The notes under the pieces were generated by a model, which ran no database searches, was not told where the DNA came from, and worked only from the letters and a program-made list of their open reading frames with translations. Below are positions 37,901 through 48,500 of a stretch of 64,000 nucleotides of DNA, piece after piece. Made by a program: the position numbers and the translations under genes. Positions within the stretch are counted from its first letter, which is position 1. Each line of letters starts with the position of its first letter. Source of the stretch: Oikopleura dioica (Eukaryota; Animalia; Chordata); contig OU015567.1 in assembly GCA_907165135.1 (NCBI GenBank), positions 9,300,001 through 9,364,000 on the forward strand, in the 5' to 3' direction.

Positions 37901-40198
37901 AGTGCAATCATCGCATGGCCTGATGGTGAAGACTTCAGAATGTAATGGATCCTGGTCCGTAGAAGCAATCACAATCTTGTCCCCAACTTCCCAGGAAGAA
38001 ATGTCATGTGATACCTTGATTTTAGGGATTTGCCAAGCTGTTGAACTTGAGTACTCTACACGCTGCTCGAAGGCATTCCAAAAGTTAATTGCAGTAGCAC
38101 TTCCGAAAGGGTTGTCAAGTATTTCTTGGAATTCAGATATCGGCATCGTCTCGATCGCAGAGTCTCCCCAATGCGATTTCATTTTAAGTACAAAGTCAAA
38201 GCCTTCTTTTTCACCTCCGAGCGGAACTGGCCCAACATTAATGTACAGCGCGGCTGGTGCTTTCCATTCGTTGGGAATAGATAGTTTTAGATCTGATTCT
38301 CCATTCGCTGTATTAATAACACCTGCGAGCTGAGACCACTTTTTCTTGTGGAAAGTACTGTATGCCTCAGAAAAAGCGGAGTTTTCAAAGCCAAGTCCAA
38401 CAAGAAGCTCACGGAAAGGCGCCGTCAGAGTGTACTGAAGATCAGTAAAGAAAATAACCATTTCACCTTGATTCAGGTTTTCTATATTGAGTTTTTGCTG
38501 AATCTCTTCAGAAATTGTGCTTCCGCTATTGATGCTGAAAGTATCTTTCAAATCTCCTTCAGCAGAGAGGACGTGAAAAACCATTCGCTTCTGACCCCGA
38601 AGTTGGGTTGGCGCCGCGTTATTTTTATCTTGCGACCAGTTGAGCTGTTCGACAGCAATTGAGTCTTTGAAAAGATGATCTTCCAAATGCGTCCAATGCC
38701 ACTTTTCTTTTCCGTGCACCTCTACAACACCATCTCTATCGGCGTGAAAGTACTTTCTTCCGAAGTCCTTGTCCATTGAGTTTCGATTCCCATAAAGCGC
38801 AATATCAAGTTTTCCTTGATATCGACACTTTCTTGAGCCAGCCCAAATTTCTCCACCATTTTCGGCCTTCAAAGCAAGTGCTCGAAATTTTATGAGATTC
38901 CCGGTCGGTCCTCTATCTTTGAAAATGAGTTTTCCTCCAGTTAGGACTCGTACAACTCCTGTATCGATACTTCGGTCGACGATGACGACTCGATTCTCGA
39001 TTGTGACATCGCCAAATGGGTAATCCCAAGCCTCAGCAGCAACGCTGTCTGGACAAGTTCCATCTACGTCCCACTGGTTTGTTGGGAAACGGAGCTTGAA
39101 CTCGTCAGCTTCAAAGCCTCGTCTTCTCTTATCAGAGCGACCAGAGTTGAAAACCTGGCGCTTGAATTTGAGAAAGAATTCTTCCTCATTAACCTCCATC
39201 TCTGGATCGATGTTTTTGAAGATCTTCTTCCATTCTCTTTTGCTCAGATCTCCATATTGCTCCAGTTCAGCGTCGTCGAACGGTGCAGCTGAATTATTTT
39301 AATATATTTGCTATAGCCTATAGTATCATCAAATTTTAACTAGAAAGCTCACCTTTATGTCGGTCTTTCTTCCCCGCCAAGACGGTTGATAACAACAGGT
39401 GAAATAGCTTCATTTTGTCGGAATTTCTCTGACAAAGTGAACTCGTCAGATTTGAGATTAATTTTAAGTACGATTTTATCTCCGATGACGATTTCGGAGC
39501 CGGCTTATCTCCGGTGGAATTTTAAGATTTCAGCGAATAAAGCGTTTGATTATATTTAGGTTGTCCAAAATTGTCCAATTGCGGTATTAAATTAATTTAA
39601 ACTTTATTGCTAGTTCAGTTAAAGACCAGTTAAAATGTCCATAACGGATTGTTTGTTTAGACAACGATCACCAGGTCCTCACATCGAAAAAGCTAGGAGA
39701 ATCATACAACAAACTGAAATCGGATTTGAGGCTGAAAATGAAGAGCGCGGAAGCAAGACTGCAAAACCTCGACCGAAATAGCCTTCTGGGAGACAACAGT
39801 AAAAAACCAGCGGCAAAAAGCGGCCCAAAGATATCAAATGGTGAAGCAAAGACGAGACTGCGGCAGGTTAACCATTTGGTTGGAAACATTCTGAATCAGG
39901 GTCAAAGAGCGCAGGAACAGCTGGTTGATTCTAGTTATGTTCTAAGAGGGACCAAAGGAGACTTGGCGTCTGGATCAGATCATTTGAAGAATTCTAAACG
40001 CCTTTTGGAAAAGGTAGGATTAATCAAATAGAGATATCTCAAAGATCTGTTAAGCTTAAACGAAGAAAGAAAACTGACCAACTCATATTCTTTCTTTGCC
40101 TGGCATTCTTCTTCGCAACTTGTCTGTACATTCTATTCAAGCGTTTCACTCCTGGTTTCATACTTCGTCGGGTTAAAAGTGCCTTATTTTTGTCGTAG
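34992..40198 (+). CDS. BNIP1: BNIP1/SEC20 ER SNARE; exon 1 (34992-35178) is separated from exon 2 (39661-) by a 4482-nt intron
   Basis: Donor G|gtaagt at 35179 and acceptor tttag|AC at 39660 join in frame (IVP-D-NDHQ). SNARE-like helix, then LKRRKKTDQLIFFLCLAFFFATCLYILFKRF, which matches the BNIP1 tail anchor. Confidence 0.8.
35188..39413 (-). CDS. Secreted G8-domain / beta-helix protein of the CEMIP-TMEM2-fibrocystin group, nested in the BNIP1 intron
   Basis: Signal peptide MKLFHLLLSTVLA; G8-like GGKLIFKD...NGGEIWAGS...CRYQGKLDIALYG; WEVGDKIVIAST; EVGLLSRNI; ARYPLHWH; CFSRFVTVHGT; GHGFFMEDG; FWMSHGAN. ORFs of 468 and 664 aa joined by short introns. The 3' end is tentative. Confidence 0.85.
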
Positions 40199-40272
40199 AA
40201 TTCTGTAGTTCATCATTTTAAAAGTGCAATAATGGAAAGATTACACGGGTTTCTCATACTCATATTTTAAGA

Positions 40273-42554
40273 ATGAGCGATAATGTGAAAGTTATCGTTC
40301 GATGCAGACCCCTCAACTCTAAAGAAAAATCAGGGGGCTACAAAGAGGCAGTTCAGTGCGACGAGGTCAACGGTCGGGTTCTTATTGAGCGGCCAAATGA
40401 TCCACCAAAGGTATTCTTTTTTCTCTGCCTTTTTTTCACTTTTATAAGTCTTTCACATTCGACCATGTCTTCGGAAAAGACAGCCGGCAAGTCGACGTCT
40501 ACAATCTCACCTCTCGCCCAATCGTCGATTTCGTTTGCGAGGGCTACAATGGAACCATTTTCGCTTACGGTCAAACTGGAACTGGTAAAACATTTACGAT
40601 GGAAGGCGTGCGCTCAAATCCAGAGCTCAAGGGAATAATTCCCAACTCATTCGCGCATATCTTCAGCCATATTTCGAAAATTGGCGATTCTGGTAAGTCG
40701 AAAACTATTTTTCTTGAGTTTCACATCTATGCCTTTAGATCATACTTTTCTCATTCGCGTCTCTTACCTCGAAATCTACAACGAAGAAATCCGAGATCTT
40801 CTTGGGAAAGATCAGAAAAAGCGCCTCGAAATCAAGGAGCGCCCAGATGTCGGAATCTACGTCAAGGACAAGAAAGAATTCGCTGTCAACTCAGCTGAGC
40901 ACATGGAGAAGATTATGTCTCAAGGAAACCAAAACAGATCAGTCGGAGCGACCCTGATGAATGCCGACTCCTCCCGATCTCATGCTATTTTCACGATCAC
41001 GATCGAATCAATGGACAAGGGGCCTGATGGACAACAGCGCGTACGAAAAGGACAGCTGCACATGGTCGATTTGGCCGGTAGTGAAAGACAAGCGAAAACG
41101 GGCGCTACTGGAGATCGACTAAAAGAAGCGACCAAGATCAACCTCTCGCTATCTACCCTTGGAAATGTTATATCCGCTCTTGTCGACGGAAAATCAAGTT
41201 TCATCCCCTATCGAAACTCGAAGCTTACCAGATTGCTTCAGGACTCCCTTGGTGGCAATTCAAAGACGCTCATGATTGCTACTTTTGGGCCGGCAAATTA
41301 CAACTTCGAGGAGACTATTTCTACGCTGAGATATGCGAATAGAGCGAAGAACATCAAGAACTCGGCAGTCATCAATGAGGATCCAAAAGACGCGCTGCTG
41401 AGGCAAATGCAAGAGGAGCTTGATGCGCTAAAGAAACAACTGGAAAAAGTTGGAGAAGGCGGCGGAGTACCGACTGATCAACTCGCACAAATGAGCATAG
41501 GTATGTTATTATTTTAAAATTCTTATTTTTTTACTTTTTTATAGAAATTATGAAGCAGCGAGAAAACTTAGAAAAAGATCGTGAACTGGCGGAGAAAGAC
41601 AAGCTCAAGGCAATGAACTCACTGAAGAAAAAGGAAGCTGAAATCAAAAAGACCGAAAGTGAACAAGCCGAACTTGAAGCTAAAATGGCGCAGATCAATC
41701 AAAAAGTTGTGCACGGCGGCGTCAACTTGCTGGAAAAAGATGAAGAGCAACAGAAACTATTGGAAGACAGTAACAAGTAAAAATAAGGGGCATAAAGACT
41801 TCTGTATTATTATTTTAAAGAGAGCTACAGCAAAAAATCGCGAGCCAAGAAGACATGAAAAAGCGTATCGTAGAAGTCGACTTTACTCTAGAAGACATCA
41901 ACAAAAAATACTCTTCGCTGCAAGAAGAAGCGAGCGAAAAGACCCGCAAGCTGAAGAAAATCTGGACAATGTTCAACGCTGCCAAATCAGAACTTGCTGA
42001 CATCGAAGCCGAAAATGCAAGAGAAATAGAGTCAATGCTCGGTAAGACAAATTCTCACCACATATGACCCAATAAACGAAATCTTCTTTTGACGATAATT
42101 TTTGTGTATCGGCCCCATAACAGTTTACAACCTCGCAAATATCAAAATCACACATAGTGCGTCAGTAATTAATTTTTTTAAGATAATATACGAGAGTTAG
42201 AACAAAGTCTGCAACTGAAGCAACTCATCATCAGGAGACTAATCCCGCCAGAAATGCAACAACTGATAGAAGAAAACATGAGCTGGAATGATATGATCGG
42301 CGAGTGGCAAGTCAAAGGAATAGGTAGCTCTTTCCAAGGAGAATTTTTTCAATAAACTTTTTAAAACAGCTTACACTGGAAATAATATGATGAAACGTCG
42401 CGAAACACCACCTCCTGAACCAGAAGAATTCGACGAGGAACAAGCATATCTTGTTTATGGCGACCCAATCATGCCTTCTGCTCGACCAAGGACTTCGAAG
42501 AAAAGTCGCAAGAAAAAGAAATCCAGTCGGAATTACGAGCTTGAGCAGCTATAA
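40273..42554 (+). CDS. KIF3A: Kinesin-2 motor subunit KIF3A
   Basis: [58 protein letters not shown], stalk [36 protein letters not shown]. Confidence 0.95.
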
Positions 42555-42903
42555 TAAAATTCAACTTTAGTTCTTATTCAAAATCATCAAATTTCTCTTT
42601 CTGTATCGAATCAACTTTTCAAACTTTCCATTTTCATTAGTACTACTTCTTTGTACTTTTGCTTCTTATTGCACTTTTATACTGGTTTTATATTGAACTT
42701 AGAGCATGCGAATTGTTGTTTCTGTCACGTTCTGCCTTACTACCATTTTTGTATGAATAAATGTTATTTTCTTAAATTTGAACAGGACTTTTTTATTGGG
42801 CTCTTTCAGCATTTAAGCTTGCGTTATCAGTAGTAATAAGTTATCACAGTGAGTTCGAGAGACAGTTCAGTGAACCTTCGAGTAAATTTTTCTGGGTTTT
42901 CCA

Positions 42904-43155
42904 TCAACCATCGTAATGTAGGCGACTTTTTTCGTTTTGCCATGTTCTGACGATTTTCCCGACGAGGTCGTACTTTTTGCCTTTTTCACGGCTTTTGGGC
43001 TGTTCAGAAGCGGTTTTCTGTAGTCTTTCATTTTTTGATTTTCTATCTGAATACTTTTGATGGAAAACTGATTTGCCCCTTGATTTTATACCGACAAAAA
43101 GTAGCGACATCATGTTACTCTCTATCGCCTGGTGGGAAGAATCTTTTACTAGCAA
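42904..43155 (-). CDS. Possible orphan basic ORF between KIF3A and RABL6
   Basis: 83-codon Lys/Arg-rich frame in AT-rich DNA, preceded by a tttag acceptor; a second open frame (WLMENPEKFTRRFTELSLEL) continues past an A-run. No recognisable motif. Confidence 0.25.
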   Translation of the reverse strand: MLVKDSSHQAIESNMMSLLFVGIKSRGKSVFHQKYSDRKSKNERLQKTASEQPKSREKGKKYDLVGKIVRTWQNEKSRLHYDG

Positions 43156-43379
43156 TTGCTAAATTTTGATATTTACGCACTAAGAAATATTTGCCTACTC
43201 TTTCCGATCTCGTCAAAACTAGTACTTTCGCGAAATAACCGAAGAGAATCATGAAAATCTGTTGTAGCAACGGGAGATTTTCTTAGATACATTAAATTTT
43301 AGCGGGAAATGATAAACTAAACGTCATCGACGAACGGTACTTTGGAACTCTTTATAACGACCTGTGTTTGATTTTAGAA

Positions 43380-44934
43380 ATGTTTGCTGCGTTCAAAAAG
43401 AAGATAAATCCAGCAGGTGCGAGTTCGGGCAGTCTCGATGCTCGCTCACCACGCCCAGAGCCTGTTTCGCCCAAGCTGCAGGCAAAATTAAGCAAGGGTA
43501 AGTGGTTAGCTATTTATTTATTAATGATAAAGAGAATTATCATTCTGATTCTTTAGGAATATCGACAAATATGAGAATTCTCGTCAGCGGCCGAAGAAAA
43601 TCAGGCAAATCGTCTCTCCTTAGGCGTCTCAAAGGGCTGCCACACAGAGCAGAATATACTGAAACTAAGGAGCCAGTTGCGGCAGTCTCTGTAAATTGGA
43701 ATTACAGAGCTACTACAGATGTCATTAAAGTCGACGCATGGGAAGTTGCAGACGAGAATTTAGAGTGTTATTTACAGGGCTCAGCTGCTGTTATTCTGAT
43801 GTATCAAGCAACTGAGCCGTTCGAGGTGAACTTTATTCAATAAATCTCTTTCTAAAAATGCTTTTAGATGGACTTTATTCTGAAACGCATTCCTGACATT
43901 CCCCGTAATTTGCCCGTCCTTGTTCTAGCCAATTTCATCGACGCAGAAGAAGCTGATGTCGACAAATGCGACGTTGAAAGATTACAGAAGCTATCTGAAT
44001 CTCGAATAGCTCCTGTTTACTTCTGCAAAAGCGCGATGACTTCTGGAAGAGGGCTCAATATGATCTACCAATTCTTCAACATTCCATATTTAATTCTAAA
44101 AGAGCAGGAGTTGTCCTTATCACTCGGTAAGGCTCGAATGTGATAAACAAGATTCAACTGAAATTAATTTCAAGCAAATACAAAGAACGATCTATCAAAC
44201 TCCTTCATGTCGATGCAGTCCCTTCAACAGTCCCAATTCCGTGTAGAACAAGTGGCTCCTTCGAATAACCCAGTGCCAGTTTTAAAGACGGACCCAGCTT
44301 CTAAAGACCTGCAAAATAATTTGGTAATGGAGGAGGAAGATGAGATTTCTGACGAAGAGATGATGGTCAACTCGATCTTCAAAAAGAAAGAAGATGAAAG
44401 TGCGACAACAGAGCTACAAGAAAGAGAAAGACCTATCGGAAAGTCTCCAGAAGCGCTAGAAAGGCTTTCATCTGGACCAAAGGATACATCTTCTCCTGTT
44501 CTACTCGCCCCACTGGCAAAAGATGATTCGCCTTGTGGGAGTTTAGGAGACACCTCTACAATCACACTTCAAAGGTACTTTTTTAGCTGAAATTTATTGT
44601 GAAGGACTCAAATTTGTTGTAGTTCTCCATCGCTTCGTTGATTCTTTTTTCTTCGTTTTGTTGATCGGGGATTTCCATATCTTGCCCGATCCATGATTCA
44701 ACCTCTTATTTATTTGCTGAAAAAGTGCGCCACTCTAGCCAAATTTTAGCCTAAAATTGGTTCATTCCACACCTGTTTCATCGATTTAATTCTAGCTTGC
44801 CTGAAGATGAAGAAGTGCAAAATCGCCCTGCTTCAAGCAGTTTCGAACTTGACTGGAGCCGCAACAACTACCTAGCATCAGAATCCACTGAATCACTTGA
44901 AAAACTCAGCATCAGCCACGGTACCACGCAATAA
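43380..44934 (+). CDS. RABL6: Rab-like protein 6 (RBEL1/PARF)
   Basis: MFAAFKK..., KG(I)STNMRILVSG, VNWNYRATTDVIKVDAWEV, PVLVLANFID, SAMTSGRGL..IYQFFNIPYL, acidic low-complexity tail. Confidence 0.85.
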
Positions 44935-45580
44935 GAATTCATACTGTACTCGTTTGTCTCTCTTGAGTTTACTATTGGTTATCTTTATATACGAATGTTT
45001 GCCTGTTTCCTCAAATGTGCACGTCTTGTTTCTTCATTATTATACCCAGAATAAGATATTCCCTTTCTTCACTTTACATTGTTCTGACAATTTTCAATAA
45101 ATCTATATGCAGAAAATCAATGGAGATAAATCGCCTTTTTCTAAGCCGATTTTTCTTCACTTACAAGTGGCGAAGTCGCTCTTATCGATCAGTTTGAGGA
45201 GATATTATATCAAATAATTAGTCTTTGATTGCTGTGACTTTTTCACGTTTCGATTTTCGTCGTTTCCTATCCCATGACCTTAATGGCAGTCACAAGGAAT
45301 ATATCTTTATTTTCATGCATTAAATGTTTGATTAAAAGCGCGGGTTCGCACCAATTAGCCTTGCATCGAGTTGTGCACCGATTGGCCTTGCTCGTTCGAT
45401 CTAGGGCGTATTCCCTTGAGGACATCGATCTGCATCCTTTTCTGCCGCGTTCTCCCCCTCTCTCCGCCACTGTTCGTCTTCGTCCCTCCGTCGTCGTCGT
45501 GCTTCTATATTTTGTTTACTTTTTTGTCGTTGTACTCTTTGCCTTTGTAAACAGAAACAAAACAGAAAACAGGAGAAAAC

Positions 45581-48500
45581 ATGTTCTGGGTGCCAAATAC
45601 CACCGCGGCCGCCTCGGCAACAGCTGCCACCGCTGGCTACATTCCGGCCAGGACGCCGTCCGAAAGCGGATCTGAAAAGGTAAACCAGTCCTTTGATTGT
45701 TTCTGGATTATTGAGGGTCTCTTACCTTTGGCTAAAAGTTCAAAGCTAAGAGCAATTATAGGTATAAGGATCGATAATTGAAAAATTAACTCTTCAAACT
45801 CTTCCTTGATTTTAACAAACAACCAGGGATGTAACCGTTTTTACATAACAGCTTCTACTTAATTTTTCAGTAGAGTCGTTGATCATTGTTTTCTTATGAG
45901 CATTTTGTACGAAAAAGAAATGTATGCTCAAGCAAAAATGTATTGATTAGAGGTAAGACCTGAGGGTCTCTCTTTTTGATCAATTTTAAACTTGGTGAAG
46001 ATCTTTAATATTTAAAAAATTGAATTTAATGCCTCTGAGTCACTTCCGGGAAACGCAAAAATAAAAGAGAGACAGACAAATCGATAGCAGGATTTCATGC
46101 ACCACTCGTCATTTTTTTGAAAAGCTCGATTATCAACTCGCGGCAGGTGTTTGGTAAGGTTTTTTACGACCTTCGCCAGTTCCAAAGTTATTTGAGGTTT
46201 GCGTGTAATTACTGTCACGGGAGGGACTGATCAAAGAGGGGTACTTTTCCTCTCATAAACTGGTCAATTACGATTATCAGTTTCTAGTTTTTTGAGAACA
46301 AAAAATTTTACAAATCTTAAAAAAACTAACATTCAAGACATTCTCCTTATTTCAAGCCAGGAATATCGAATTGTTCATTACAAATCTTAAAAAAAAAACT
46401 GAAAATCTAAACTAATCTTTCAATCATTTCAATGTCTGAAAGTATTGCATGATAGTATTATTTATACAGAAAGCTGCATAAAACTACATGCTCGATAGAA
46501 AAAAAAGGGTTATCGATAAAATTAATATTGTTCTTGACGGATGAGCTGTCTGCGCAGTGACAGGACTTGAAAGAGCTTGTCTGATGACGTGTGACTAATC
46601 CCCGTTCTATATGATGACCTATATTGAGGCGATTCAGGAGGAAGAGGATTTCGGGCGGGACGTGTTCGATTTTCGGCCCTTCGCGGGGTGGCCAGATGCT
46701 CACCCGCTAAATTTGAAGCAGGGGCCATCTGGACATCGATTCCTTTCCTGCCCAAAGTCGATATTTCTATCTGTCTCTTTGCTGCCGACAGGGGAAGATC
46801 TGAAATTATTTAAACTTTCCGACAACATTCTCCCTGAGTCAAAAATCCCGGACTTTATTTACGAGAGATAGCTTATCCAGATAAGAAACGCGAAAATAAA
46901 TATTCAATAAGATTTTTGAATTGCAAAAGAACAAGAAACGAAAAATGATGGAAGTTGTGAGCCCGATTGAAGCGACTAATTTGAGCAAGAATTTTCTCTC
47001 CTCAGAATGGGTAAGACATGTTCTAGATCATTTTTACTGACAGATCTTTTATCAGACTCTTTCTTCTAAAATGCTTGTTTTTCCGGCTACAGTTTTGAAA
47101 GTAAAAAAGCCGCGTCGCGGCTTTCTGAAACATGAATCTACCCAGGTAGAGACACCGGTACTCCTTTTTTGAAAAGAGAAAGTCAATGTCATAGGATGAC
47201 TGTAAGGGAATCTGAAAGGATTGAGCTGCTGATAGGCTCATCTTGCCTTGAAGTGAAAGGGTTAGGCTTTATTACCAGCCTCTCTTTCTCTTTCCTTGGA
47301 CAAAGCCGCAGCGAGGGTCAATTTGCAAATCAATCTCAACTCCTGAAAGATCCTCCTGACTTTTTTAAAAGTTACAATTTGAATCCTCCGGCTACAGATA
47401 AACCAATTAATAATTGGGCAATTATATAATTTTGATACCGAGAGACAGAGCAGACGATTGGATTCGGGACAAAACATACTCAAATATAAAAAAAAAATAA
47501 AAACTATTTTAAATGGAGATTTTTGGTCCTAAGAGCAATCAGCGGCGAATTTTTAAGATAGAATTTAGGAGCTGCGTTTGGCATAATAATGAAAGAGTAA
47601 GAATAAAAACCGGTTGTCTGACCTTTTTTCTTGCCTTTTTTTGATATTTCTTCGAGAAAATAAAAGTAATCAACATTCCAATGTTAAATGACGTGCAATA
47701 GCCATCTTGCTTCAAGGTTATCGTGCATTAATGCAGCCCTATTCTCTAGCCTATCGATAAGTGAGTCTAGTGACAGTTCCCAGGAAGAGCAGTAAAGATA
47801 GAATTTGTTATTTTTGAACGCGGAGTAACAGAGGAAAAGAACGAAAAGAAACGCCTCTAAAATGAAATCTTAGATGGGGGCAAAGACCAAGACTGAAGTA
47901 AACTCAAACGACAACTGCGAGGCGAACAACAACAGAGAAGAAGACCGAAAACTATTCGTGGGAATGCTTTCGAAAACGCAGACTGAAGAGGATGTCAGAA
48001 GGCTTTTCAACAAATTTGGGCCGATAGAAGAGTGCACTATTCTCAGGTAAAATAGCATCAGTGTCTGAGAAGGAGCAGATCGACTCACGTGCGCAGAATA
48101 TAAACCTAGTTATAACCAAAAAGATACCGTAGAATTTCGGTCAAGCTCTTATTCATTCATAAAATCGTCTTTACCAAGCTTTAATATTTTTTATAGAACT
48201 CCTGAAGGCTCCTCAAAAGGGTGCGCTTTCATCAAACTCGGCAATGTCCAGCAAGCTCAAAACGCAATCGCTCAGATGCACGGTTCCACAACAATGCCGG
48301 TAAGTGTACTCGTCATCGCTTGAAACGAATGATAAGCGTCATTTGTGATAAAACATATATCATGAAACAGTTCTACACGAGCGCTCATCTGAAACGATTA
48401 TTTCTACGGGATACATTAAAAACCTAGCACAGTTCAACGTATTCGGAAAGGATCGATAGAAACTTAAAATCTTGTGATATAAAAGTCACTCGAGGGCGCT

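Noticed and set aside
45267-45675. 133-aa and 67-aa ORFs upstream of CELF
   Set aside because: They overlap a pyrimidine/UG-rich 5' UTR, start at weak codons and have no recognisable domain.
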